Source: Macrostomum lignano (taxonomy: Eukaryota). From it: 64,000 bases of DNA. Positions 12,620-23,877 of this stretch are shown piece by piece. Position 1 is the first letter of the stretch; every line of letters starts with the position of its first letter. Both the position numbers and the translations under genes were made by a program. The notes below the pieces were generated by a model. The model was given only the letters and a program-made list of their open reading frames with translations. It searched no databases and was not told where the DNA came from. Where the stretch lies: assembly GCA_002269645.1 (NCBI GenBank), contig NIVC01001753.1, forward strand, positions 124,001 through 188,000, written 5' to 3'.

Positions 12620-14019
12620 GCTGTGCTGGGGAGAATTACTGAGACGTCAAGGCTCACAGAGAATAACTGAGATTACAGGTGGGGGGGGGTTTCTGAGATG
12701 TCAAAGCAAAAGTCAGAAGCTACTTCAAAGTTCATGTACTTTACTCAATTTTTATTACATTCATTGTTGGCTCGCCACAGGGGGGGGGGCGCTGATAGAA
12801 GCAGAGTCATGTAAAAAATAAAAGTAGCACTATGTATACATATAAGAAAAGTCATGTCGAAGTTAAAAGATTCATTTGGGAATTGCTACAATGTCAAAGC
12901 TTGGTGGAAATCGTTATAGTGCTGGTGATTCTTAAAGAAGGAAACACTAAAATTCCAAGGCTTAGGGGAGAAGAATTGCTGAGATTTCAAGGCTTAAGGT
13001 TGGGTTAAAGTTAGGTTTAGGTCAGGTGTGGGTTGAGGGTTATATTTTATCGGGTTTCAAGGTTAACAGGGGATTTTTTTAGATTTCAAGATTTATGGGG
13101 GGCATCGCTGACATGTCAATGCTTACGGGGGGAATAGCTGAGATGTCAAGGCTCACGGGGGTATAAATGAGATTTCAAGGCTAAAGTCAGAAGCTACATG
13201 TAGTTTATTGAAAACTTTTTATTACATTTTTTTGTTGGCTCCTCAGGGCTCACTGATAGAAAAAGCATAATGTAAAAAATAAAAGAAGCTTCATGTCGAA
13301 GTTAAGAGATTCATTTGGGAATCCCTACGATGTCGAGGCTTGCAGGGAATCGCTATAACGCTGTAGTAGTGCTGTAATGACTCAGAATTACTGAAATTTC
13401 AATGCTTTAGGGTTAGGTTAGGGTTAGGGTTAGGGTTAGGGTTAGGCTAGGGTTAGGGTTAGGGTTAGGGTTAGGCTAGGGTTAGGGTTAGGGTTAGGCT
13501 AGGGTTAGGGTTAGAAGGTTGACAGATTTTTTTAGACTTCAAGGCTTATTTGGGGCATCGCTGAGATGTCAAGGGAGGAGTTGATTTGTTAAAGCTTGTG
13601 GGGGGAATTACTGACATTTCAAGGCTTACAAGGGACTTCTGAGGTATATTGCAAAGAGATGCTACATGTAGTTTATTACAAAACTTGTACTGTATTTTTG
13701 GCTCCCTAACGCTAAGATACTAAGCTAAAAAATAATACTAGCTCTTCACAAACTTATGCAGATGTCAGGCTGTAGGGTTAGTGTTAGGGTTGGTATTAGG
13801 GTTTAGGTTTAGGGTTAGGTTCAGGGTTATTGCGTTAAGATTCGGGTTAGGGTTAGGGTTAGGGTAGCTTATAACTTGGCTCATTTAGCTTATTAAAAAT
13901 GTTTATGATGGAAGCATCATGCAAAAATAATGGAAGCGTCATGCAAAAACAATGGAAGCGTCATGCCAAAAATCATAGAAGCATCGATCATGCAAAAACC
14001 CATGGACAAAATATTGAAT
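12620..14019. repeat. Subtelomere-like degenerate repeats (CTGAGATGTCAAGGCT motif) with interstitial (TTAGGG)n at 13406-13513 and degenerate tracts at 13005-13045 and 13770-13865
   Basis: GGGTTA arrays are directly visible, with GGCTA variants. Confidence 0.9.
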
Positions 14020-14259
14020 TTAGGGTTTTGGTTAGGGTTAGAATTTTGACAGGAGATTTTTTAAGATTTCAAGGCTACATGTAGCTTATTAAAAATACGT
14101 GTATTGCATTTCTTTGGCTCCCCAACGGGGGGCGTAGATTGCTAGTAAATGCTAAAGCTGAAAAGCAGTTATACAGCCCTATTTTTCTGAATTTAGAGTT
14201 TGCGAATGCTTAGGATGAAAAGCATAGTTTAACACGCAGAGACTTGCAACAAGACTCAC

Positions 14260-14473
14260 CTAGCTGTCGTCCCCTCTTTGCGGCCGGAGGCTGAGACTGC
14301 TGCTGCTGCTGCTGTGAGGGGCCTGCTCGCCCCCACAAAGCTGAAATAGCGGCTTCAGCGGCTGGGCGTTTTGATGCCATTCTTTGCTTCTGCTTCTTCT
14401 TCTGCGGCTGCTGCTGCTGCGATTGCGGCTGATGCTGCTGTGATTGCGGCTGTGACTGCTGATGCCGATACTC
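14260..14473 (-). CDS. Gln-rich exon with basic NLS-like segments, from a spliced gene running toward the repeat boundary (copy 2 at 58723-58936)
   Basis: Acceptor TTGCAG and donor GTGAGT flank EYRHQQSQPQ...KKKQKQRMASKRPAAE...AKRGRQL. Confidence 0.45.
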
Positions 14474-14758
14474 CTGCAATCTCCTTTATGTACCCCTGTA
14501 GGAAGGGATGCCGCAAACAGAATGCGCGCGGTGTGCATTATTTCTCTTTCCCCTGTACTGCATTTGCAAATTAGTGTACAATTGTACACTCAGACCCCAA
14601 CTTGGTATAGAAAAGTTGGGGTCTGAAAATACCCCATCATTTTCGTTCTCGCACAGATTGTAATTGGATCTCAGTGTATCTAGCCAACCGGTAGTGCTGT
14701 AGGAACGAAAAATGCAGACTGCAGTCTCACCTCCTCAGAGTACAGTCGCTTTCGCAGG

Positions 14759-14766
14759 TATATAAA
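14759..14766 (+). promoter_or_regulatory. TATA box (TATATAAA)
   Basis: GGTATATAAAGG upstream of an AAAATG start. Conserved as GGTATATAGAGG at about 119-130 and repeated at about 59222. Confidence 0.45.
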
Positions 14767-15511
14767 GGACGACGCTGGAGTTGAAATTTTTCAGAATTCT
14801 CGCTCTGACACTCTCAGCATCAGCAGCAGCATCAGTCGCTCTCTTTCTCCGTGAAACTCTGTTAAAATGTCTATTCCACTTGTTGATGAAATATTTTAAA
14901 ATTGTTCTTCTTCTGGTCTCTCACTTCTATGGCTCTGTCTATTTCAAATATCAATGTGAGAGCCAAATAACTGAGGCGGCGGATTCAACTGACTTTTCCT
15001 GATGATGCAAAACACTTGATAGTAACTTACAGACCGTTGTATTTGATGGTCACAATCTCGAGATGTTATCTTACAAAATATGATGTCTAAGATGGAATTC
15101 CAAATAAGAAGCTCGTTTTGTTCGAGTTCCAAGGGGTTTCCAAGTTTTCGGGTGAACCGAAGGTTCAGTCTATTGTGGAACGTGGGTTGGTTGTTGTTTT
15201 GGTTTTAGTGAGTCAATTTATCAGTTTTAGTATTTGGGTTGAGACCCTAACTGTGTCAATCAAAAGTAGTCAGAGTAGGTATGTTAGAATAGCGAGAAGA
15301 GAGAAGAGAGGCGAAAGAGAGGCGAGGCAAGGCGAGCTCCTTGCTTGGTTAAAATGGGCTTTTATAGTACTTTTCAGTCTTGATCGCATTGGATAGTACA
15401 TAGCTGCTTTTCATTGGTTGAGGTTGGGGTCGTGTCCCCAGCTTTTGCTAGTTGGAGCGCATTCATTGGTTAAAATACATTCAATCTGGATGGGAACTTT
15501 CTAGAGCCAAA

Positions 15512-16222
15512 ATGTGTCACTTCATTGAAAATTACGTGGTGCGCAAGCCCACATTCGATACTGATCGAGAACTGATTAAGATTCGGCGTTTCTACACCGA
15601 CAAGAAAGGCAACTACAAGCACGGTTTCCAAGGCGTGTTTCTGACTCGCATCGAGTGGCAGCATCTTAAGCGGGCGCGCTGGATTATTGAGTCTCTGCGG
15701 ATCCGTGACTACTCTCGTCATGAACGGTTTCAGCTGGGCGAGAGCGGTCGCAAGATTCTGGAAGTGAAAAACAACCAGATTTGGCTGCATCGCAACAACC
15801 CGGCCGACTCCGACAACGGATGCTGCGATGAGGGCGAGCGCTGGAAATACTCAATCAAGTTGAGCATTAAATTGTGGACTGCTCTAATGGATGCTGACGT
15901 TGATTCGCTGTTTGTCTCGCAGTCGCCGCCACCGCTGCCAAGACGACGGCTTCAGAGCCAGCATCGTGGTTCAACGGCAGCAGCAGCAGCAGCAATGATG
16001 ATAGACGGTAAGGGTAGCCGCTGCCGCCGCAGTGCTGACACCCCGCCGCCGATTGAACTGCAGCCGCCGCCGGTGAAGAAGCTTCCCACTACGGCTACGG
16101 CTGGCAGCGAAGGCGACGGCAGCAGCGGCAACGGCAGCTACAAGTGGTGGTACTCGTTTCCTCCGGACTCGACTGAGGAATTCCAAGCTATGCCTGGGAG
16201 GCGGGGCGCATATATTGGTTAA
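15512..16222 (+). CDS. Tandem PC4/Sub1-like domain protein with Pro/Ala-rich tail, 236 aa, intronless
   Basis: IKIRRFYTDKKGNYKHGFQGVFLTRIEWQHLK resembles the PC4 core [32 protein letters not shown]. A second unit is RFQLGESGRKILEV...SIKLSIKLWTALMD. Three ATTGG (CCAAT) boxes lie upstream. Confidence 0.7.
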   Translation: MCHFIENYVVRKPTFDTDRELIKIRRFYTDKKGNYKHGFQGVFLTRIEWQHLKRARWIIESLRIRDYSRHERFQLGESGRKILEVKNNQIWLHRNNPADSDNGCCDEGERWKYSIKLSIKLWTALMDADVDSLFVSQSPPPLPRRRLQSQHRGSTAAAAAAMMIDGKGSRCRRSADTPPPIELQPPPVKKLPTTATAGSEGDGSSGNGSYKWWYSFPPDSTEEFQAMPGRRGAYIG

Positions 16223-16309
16223 ACTAAAGGGGAACGGATAAGGCTTGCTACTCCTACGCGACTCTGTCAATTCAACCATTCCCGAACCGCGACTGCTCGA
16301 CAACCCATT

Positions 16310-16498
16310 ATGGCTATGCAAGCCCAACTCGAAAGGACGAGGAAGACGGCGGATCAATGGTGGTGGCTCTGTCGGCGGTTGTGGGAACTCGAGTTGCTGC
16401 TGGAGGACGGCTGGCCCCGTGACACGAAGCGGGGTGCTCGGCGGGGTTCACGGCTCCTGTCAGCGTTCAGACGGCTAATCACACCCGTCCGCAAGTGA
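16310..16498 (+). CDS. Small hypothetical protein, 62 aa (copy at 60773-60961)
   Basis: ATG-initiated, GC-rich ORF directly after the PC4-like gene. No motif recognised. Confidence 0.3.
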   Translation: MAMQAQLERTRKTADQWWWLCRRLWELELLLEDGWPRDTKRGARRGSRLLSAFRRLITPVRK

Positions 16499-16816
16499 CC
16501 TCAGTGCCAAATCAAGGAATCAGTGACCCAAGTCACTGAGCCGGTCTCTGAGCTCGGTTTCAATGATAACCTTAGAGAACAACTCACAGAAGCAGTGACA
16601 ATTTAGGTCATTCATTCAAACTACTGGGCTAAAAAACTCGGCTATATTTTGCAGTCATCTGGAATATTGCATTCGATCTGAAAATTTTAAACTGAGTTTG
16701 AATACTCGTAAATAAAGCATTTACAGAAATGCAATTAGCTTGTATTTAGTTTTTTTAAAACAAAGAAGCAAACGGATTGTTCGGGTTCTTCTCGATAGCC
16801 ACAGTCACGTGCATTC

Positions 16817-16987
16817 TCATCGAGCCTTGGTGAAGTAGCACCTCAGCAGCCTCTCTATGATCTCGACAGCCGAGTTGTACAAGTCCATGTCGAAGCTGGA
16901 GCTCTGCGAGTCGGAGAACACCGTGGCCGACTCTGTGACTCGGATCTGCGGACTGTGGGGCAGAGGCGGCAGGGGCTGATGAACTGG
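16817..16987 (-). CDS. Probable terminal exon (PVHQPLPP...FDMDLYNSAVEIIERLLRCYFTKAR*), not the frame in the ORF track
   Basis: CTTAG acceptor, 57 codons to TGA, strong G/C bias at third positions in this frame. Confidence 0.4.
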   Translation of the reverse strand, partial: PVHQPLPPLPHSPQIRVTESATVFSDSQSSSFDMDLYNSAVEIIERLLRCYFTKAR

Positions 16988-17011
16988 CTAAGCTGGGATA
17001 GATGGGCTTAT

Positions 17012-17302
17012 GGGATCTGGGAGGCTGGCCCAGCAACTGAGCATCTGGGAGGCTGGCCCAGCAACTGAGGATCTGGGAGGCTGGCCCAGCAACTGAGGAT
17101 CTAGGAGGCTGGCCCAGCAACTGAGGATCTGGGAGGCTGGCCCAGCAACTGAGGATCTGGGAGGCTGGCCTAGTAACTGAGGATCTAGGAGGCTGGCCCA
17201 GCAACTGAGGATCTGGGAGGCTGGCCTAGCAACTGAGGATCTGAGAGGCTGGCCCAGCAACTGAGGATCTGCGAAGCTGGCCCAGCAACTGAGGATCTGG
17301 GA
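17012..17302. repeat. 28-bp minisatellite (GAGGATCTGGGAGGCTGGCCCAGCAACT) x ~10 (copy at 61475-61765)
   Basis: Directly visible. It produces a 28-aa period in the spurious ORFs. Confidence 0.95.
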
Positions 17303-18798
17303 GACTGTAAGTGTAAAACAAACATGTTTTATTAATAAAGAAACTTTATAAGGGTTCACAGGAACAAGAGCTTTATGAGCTACTCAATTTATGATAATTG
17401 AGTAAATTGTAAGTTTTTCTGCAATATAATTGTAAGAATGCCAAGTACAAAAATGTCCTATCACTCTACTGACACAAGTAGCATTTGAAGCTTTTATATC
17501 TTGCTTATATATCTAGCTTATAATCCTAGACAAGCCTAGAATTACATGCATGGGAACTATATATGTTATATATACAGCAAGTCATAATTCATACAATAAG
17601 TCATAAGCCAAGTCATTTTAAGCCTCAGTTTTTGTGCCAAATTGAACTTTGTAGGGCTTAGATTCCGCATTGCCGCGAGGTTCAAACATTATTTGGCAGC
17701 TAGGGGGTGGGGTATCCCAATATAGCAAATTGAAATTGTCATGCAAAATTAGATTGTAAGAATTGTCACTCCATAAATGTATACTACCCTACTTATACAA
17801 GTAGCACTAGAGCGCATCATAATTGAATAAATTGTAAGTTTTTCTGCAATATAGTTGTAAGAATGTCAAGTACAAAAATGTCCTATCATTCTACTGACAG
17901 AATTAGCATTTGAAGCTTATAAAAATTAAACAAATTGTAATTTTCCACCAAATAAAATTGCAATTTGAGTCAATTGCCTCAAGAAAATTGCAAGGTTTAA
18001 AATTTTTGCACAATTTGGGGGGTCATGTGAACAATGCACACCTGCCTGCCTGACCTGTCGGTGTCGGCAATAGCAAATTTGCCAGCAACGTCATTGACTT
18101 GTATTGACTTGGCGTGAAGGAATCCACAAGTTCCATCAGAGTCTCCCCAGTGTTCCGTGTGCCAGAATGATATATTTTTGGTAGCTATGATAGCTATGCC
18201 ATGATAAATTGGTATGGCTATATTTAGTACATTACTAAAACTTTTAGAGCTACAATTTAGCTGATATTTGGTCTTCTCTTTGCTTTAGCTTTATTTAAAA
18301 TTTTAGCTTTCCCTTACTAATATAGTGTAGTTTTCAGAAAATTCTAGATTTTTTAAAACAAAAAGCTGCGCAAGTTTGCAAGCATAGGGCCTATGAATAT
18401 TTTATTATTTTATACACAAAATGCTTTTTATACAAAAAATTGTCTTTGAGTATTATAACCTAATATTAGCTCAATTTTTATACCAAAGAGCTTGCTTGCA
18501 CAATAGCCATGCACATATACCTATTATTGAATTGCATGCATGGCACAGCAGCTAGCAATTGATTTAATCAATTTTAATCAATTGAGAATTGGGGTCCTTG
18601 AATCAATGCATTGGCATTGGCAAACCTAATTAAAAATTATTGTTATTAGATTGTTTTATAATGTTATATCGCACATAAAGAATAAAACTAAAATTATAAC
18701 TATTATTATAAATATAAACCTACAATAGGTGTAATCTGTGCTAATTCCATCAATGGGACATTGGCCTAGAATAACTAGTAGAAAGAAGTAGAAAGATA

Positions 18799-18945
18799 CT
18801 GCTGAGGGGCAGAATAGGCTGAGGGGCTTTTCGCTCCACGAGGGGCTTCTCGCCCCTCCCGCGAAAAGCCCCTCCCAAGGTGCCATGAGCCCCTCGCAAA
18901 GTGCGAGAAGCCCCTCGCCATAAGAATATATGTATTTTGAAAAAA
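18799..18945 (+). repeat. Left imperfect terminal inverted repeat rich in GAGGGGC/GCCCCTC
   Basis: 18901-18938 is the reverse complement of 58324-58361 with 2 mismatches in 38. Ends read CTGCTGAGGGGC versus CTGCATCCGAGGGGC. Confidence 0.75.
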
Positions 18946-19220
18946 AATTTTAACTGAGATTTCTTCTTTTTATTTTGTTTCTTTTCTTACTAAAGCGCTT
19001 TAAATGTGGTGCTTTCACATTTTAAGGATGTCAGTAAGGTGTCTATAATCAAACGATAAGTTTTTTAATTTTTATGTTTGCTTGAGTTTATATACGCTAC
19101 AGACATGCTATTAAATAACTAAATAATAAATTAAACTAAATAATCTAACTAACTAAACTAACTAAACTAAACTAACTAAATTAAATAAAATATTAAATAA
19201 CATGTTACAGACATGCTATT

Positions 19221-21650
19221 TATTACAGACATGCTATTTGGACTACTATATAAGTAGCTCCATTTGCGCATGCAAATGTCGTATCCGTTTTTTACAAAAA
19301 TCTAAAGAAAATATTTTCTAAATATGTGCTCTTAAATGTGCTTTTAAATGTCCGAACTATTAGTCGGGGCCTAAAGAAGTATAATTTACTGGTCAAAGTA
19401 ATTTATTTAGTTTCAGAAACAAAACTTTGGGGCTTTAAGTCAAGCCATCAATATGTGCGACTTCTGGCACACTGAAAGATGGACTTGTTATGACTTGCTC
19501 TCGACTACTTATATAGCCAATGTTTGAAACAAGATTTGCTTTATACTTAAAGCGCACAATATCCTAGTAGTTGTCAAACAGTTTCATGCAGCCAAGTGAA
19601 TCTCGACTTGGCTGTTATGTGCTCTATGATGTTTGCCTATACAGTGAGTCGTAAGGGTTTCAACTCAGAGGTTAGGTACTATTGGGGCATTCAAGTGCAT
19701 GCGCTTGTTCTTAACCATAGAAATCCATATCATACACTTTATTATGAGTAGCGCAATGAACGTTTGAGAGTCCTGAAGGTAACTCTTACCCTCGTCAGAT
19801 CCACCGACGAATGCCTATGTCGAAGTAGTAAGTTTTTCAGGGGACATGCAATATCTGCAATATGTGCGACTTCTGGCACGCTAAAAGATGAAGTTGTTCT
19901 GAGTTGCTCTCGACTGCTTATATGGCCAATATTTGGAACAAGAGTTGCTTTATTCTTCAGAAGCTGAAAGTGAGAGTCGAAGCCATCTACCTAACAGTCT
20001 CTTATTAAAAGTTCTGGCCATATTCTATCACTAGGTCTCTACATAGCTAATGTGTCACTTTTGGCAGCTTTTTAGTCCTGCATTTTTATGCTCAATAAAG
20101 CTGGAAATTATTTTCAGTGATAAATAAACAGATTTACTAACCTTTAAGCTGTTTTCCTGTGAATAGTTTTACATGGCTAAGAAATATTTCGGATAAAAAA
20201 ACTTTATTACAGACATGCTATTTGGACTACTATATAAGTAGCTCCATTTGCGCATGCAAATGTCGTATCCGTTTTTTACAAAAATCTAAAGAAAATATTT
20301 TCTAAATATGTGCTCTTAAATGTGCTTTTAAATGTCCGAACTATTAGTCGGGGCCTAAAGAAGTATAATTTACTGGTCAAAGTAATTTATTTAGTTTCAG
20401 AAACAAAACTTTGGGGCTTTAAGTCAAGCCATCAATATGTGCGACTTCTGGCACACTGAAAGATGGACTTGTTATGACTTGCTCTCGACTACTTATATAG
20501 CCAATGTTTGAAACAAGATTTGCTTTATACTTAAAGCGCACAATATCCTAGTAGTTGTCAAACAGTTTTCATGCAGCCCAGTGAATCTCGACTTGGCTGT
20601 TATGTGCTCTATGATGTTTGCCTATACAGTGAGTAGTAAGTTTTTCAGCTCAAAGGTTAGGTACTATTGGGGCATTCGAGTGCATGCGCTTGTTCTTAAC
20701 CATAGAAATCCATATCATACACTTTATTATGAGTAGCGCAATGAACGTTTGAGAGTCCTGAAGGTAACTCTTACCCTCGTCAGATCCACCGACGAATGCC
20801 TATGTCGAAGTAGTAAGTTTTTCAGGGGACATGCAATATCTGCAATATGTGCGACTTCTGGCACGCTAAAAGATGAAGTTGTTCTGAGTTGCTCTCGACT
20901 GCTTATATGGCCAATGTTTGGAACAAGAGTTGCTTTATTCTTCAGAAGCTGAAAGTGAGAGTCGAAGCCATCTACCTAACAGTCTCTTATTAAAAGTTCT
21001 GGCCATATTCTATCACTAGGTCTCTACATAGCTAATGTGTCACTTTTGGCAGCTTTTTAGTCCTGCATTTTTATGCTCAATAAAGCTGGAAATTATTTTC
21101 AGTGATAAATAAACAGATTTACTAACCTTTAAGCTGTTTTCCTGTGAATAGTTTTACATGGCTAAGAAATATTTCGGATAAAAAAACTTTATTACAGACA
21201 TGCTATTTGGACTACTATATAAGTAGCTCCATTTGCGCATGCAAATGTCGTATCCGTTTTTTACAAAAATCTAAAGAAAATATTTTCTAAATATGTGCTC
21301 TTAAATGTGCTTTTAAATGTCCGAACTATTAGTCGGGGCCTAAAGAAGTATAATTTACTGGTCAAAGTAATTTATTTAGTTTCAGAAACAAAACTTTGGG
21401 GCTTTAAGTCAAGCCATCAATATGTGCGACTTCTGGCACACTGAAAGATGGACTTGTTATGACTTGCTCTCGACTACTTATATAGCCAATGTTTGAAACA
21501 AGATTTGCTTTATACTTAAAGCGCACAATATCCTAGTAGTTGTCAAACAGTTTTCATGCAGCCCAGTGAATCTCGACTTGGCTGTTATGTGCTCTATGAT
21601 GTTTGCCTATACAGTGAGTAGTAAGTTTTTCAGCTCAAAGGTTAGGTACT
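19221..21650. repeat. 985-bp tandem array, about 2.5 copies, containing satellite module A
   Basis: Unit starts at 19221, 20205 and 21190. Duplicate ORFs at 19764 and 20749. Confidence 0.95.
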
Positions 21651-21767
21651 AGACAGACAGACAGACATATATAGATAGACAGACAGATAGAGATAGACAG
21701 ACGGATAGAGAAGAGATAGACAGACAGATAAAGATAGACTCCCGGAACCCGTCTGGACTGCGTCCTC

Positions 21768-21854
21768 ATTGGCTGGCTACACTAGTTGCTCTGGCTGCTC
21801 CTATTGGCTAGCGTCTTGCACCATTTAAACTCACTCTTAATTTATTCTATAAAA
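21768..21854 (+). promoter_or_regulatory. Pol II promoter: two inverted CCAAT boxes and TATAAAA
   Basis: ATTGG at 21768 and 21803, TATAAAA at 21848, about 100 bp upstream of ATG 21955. Confidence 0.5.
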
Positions 21855-21954
21855 GCCACTACTTGAGAGGGAGCAAACTTAAGGAGAGTTCTCGCAGCAC
21901 AACATTATATATATTTTTTATTGACTCCTGCATCTGCTCTATTCGACTCAAATC

Positions 21955-22637
21955 ATGGTGCGACAACTACCTGCAATCGAAGGGTGAGTAAATTTCCACT
22001 CGGCCCAACTCAGGCCGGCTAATAATAATATTAGTTATATTAAATAATTATGTCGACTCCCACCAAAATTGTCCGATCCAATTACGCTTTCACACTTAAA
22101 CCTCTTTCGCAGGCTGAGGGTGACACAGAGATAGACGCACCTAAATCTAAGTTCCTCCTGATTACTAGTATACCCATTTGTGAATGTAAGCTAAAATTTT
22201 AGCTTCCTTGCACAATTGCCCCCCTCAATATATATTTGACACTCTAATTCCTCTCCTTTGAAGAGCCTGGGCTGACCTGCCCGCTGCACGTCCTCCTCCG
22301 ACGCAAGTCGCCGATGATGTCGCACCAGTAGCGGCAGTCGCCAACCCGCCTTGCCAGCCGTGGCGAATTATGATTCATATCGGTAAGTCCTGCACCTGGT
22401 TTTATTTCGATGACTACTCCACCACTATTCTGAGCTCACCTCTAGTACCTCTAGACTTCTACAGACTTCACGTAACCTCTCCTCTACACCCCTCATTTCT
22501 TCACAGAGTTTGATGGTTTCGGCCGCCCGGCCCTGATTGAAAATATACAGCAGGCCCTGCAGGAGCCGCTGGCCCTGACCGTTGCCACAGGCGCCCTCGT
22601 CGGCGTGGCAACGTTTCTATTTAGACTTTTCCGATAA
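21955..22637 (+). CDS. Three-exon 92-aa protein with C-terminal hydrophobic (tail-anchor-like) segment; absent from the ORF track
   Basis: Exons 21955-21983, 22264-22382 and 22507-22637 with GTGAGT/GTAAGT donors and AG acceptors join in frame. Ends LALTVATGALVGVATFLFRLFR*. Confidence 0.5.
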
Positions 22638-23459
22638 AAAATATGTTAACCACCACATGGACACATTTTTAGACATGTGCAATTGTAAAAATAGGCCTAC
22701 ACATCATACAAAACATGTAAATATGTAAATGTAAATATGTTTAAAAATGTAAAAAGTTGCACGAAATATACATATCGCTTTTACAGCTTCAATACGTTCA
22801 GTTCTCAAAAACTTTCGTACCTTACAGCTTTGCTTTTTTGCAGCTTGTAGTAAGTGAGATCTCAGGGTGAGTTTTTATGATGGGGTGAGATTCACATTTA
22901 GACACATGAAATCTACGTTAGGTAGACAGGCAGACAAGCAGACAGATAGGCAGCAGATAGGCAGCAGATAGGCAGACAGACAGACAGATACTGTTAGGGT
23001 TAGGGTAGACCATAAATACTTACCTAAGTACTCGGTGAAGACGCTAGCAATGAAAATATATAGCAGGAAATAGCAGCGCATGCTTTAGTTTTTAGTAATG
23101 TTTGGGATTAAAAATTTTTTCGAGTGACTATTAGTGCAGAGGTCTTGAGTTTTCTGCGAGTATAAATAGTTTGATGGTGTATGTATATATATATATATTG
23201 GACTCGTGCTTGAAGGACCAGTTTGTGGCTGTGTTGGACTTGTGCTTGATGATAATATAATATATATAATATAACCAGCACTCATGTACATACAGGGCCC
23301 GCAGAGTAATGTGCATTCACCTCTTTTCCTGAAAGGTGATTGGTCTAAAAACAATAGGAAACTGTAAATAGCAAACCTTCTCCGGGGCGCCAACACAAAA
23401 CAGAAATAAGATGTTACGTAATCGGGGTTTCTGGCCGCTCGTCTCTGTCTATCTCTATC

Positions 23460-23875
23460 TGTAACGGCATTTTCGAGCGGCCTGAGCAGTTTCGCCGACA
23501 GCTGGAACCATCTGCAGCAACCCTAATGGTCGACGCCGCGCTGCGTAGCAACAGGCTGAACGAGAATTCGGCCCCTGGACCTGCCTAAACACCTGGGCAC
23601 GCGGTTAATCTGAAAGAAGAACAAAAGCGAGACTGCTAGGCAACCGGCACTGGGCATACTCCCGGCCAGTACGCGTCGCGCCCACCTGTGTGCACACGGC
23701 CCTAGCGACTCCCAGACCTGGAGAGAACGAGTAGCAACAACTGACTCGGCGATCCGAGGTAAATTTCAGCAGATAAGCGACTGGCAAGCAACGGCATTTT
23801 CGAGCGGCCTGAGCAGTCTCGCCGACAGCTGGAACCATCTGGAGCACCCCTAATGGTCGACGCCGCGCCCTGTGA
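23460..23875. repeat. GC-rich ~330-bp repeat family C (further copies at 26413-27025)
   Basis: Near-identical mirror ORFs at 23605, 26430 and 26788. Confidence 0.9.
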
Positions 23876-23877
23876 AG

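Larger units (their letters stand above)
14020..18798 (+). repeat. 4.78-kb direct repeat, copy 1
   Basis: Matches 58483-63262 (offset 44463-44464). Both begin TTAGGGTTTTGGTTAGGG and end AGTAGAAAGATA. Only about 8 differences were spotted by eye. Confidence 0.97.

Noticed and set aside
16755-17359. 149-aa and 123-aa ORFs (and copies at 61218-61822)
   Set aside because: They are read through a 28-bp minisatellite, and a different frame shows the coding bias.
19590-19960. Spliced-leader or snRNA gene array in module A
   Set aside because: A GTAAGT word is present, but I could not identify a leader ending in ATG or AG, an Sm site in the right position, or conserved stem-loops.
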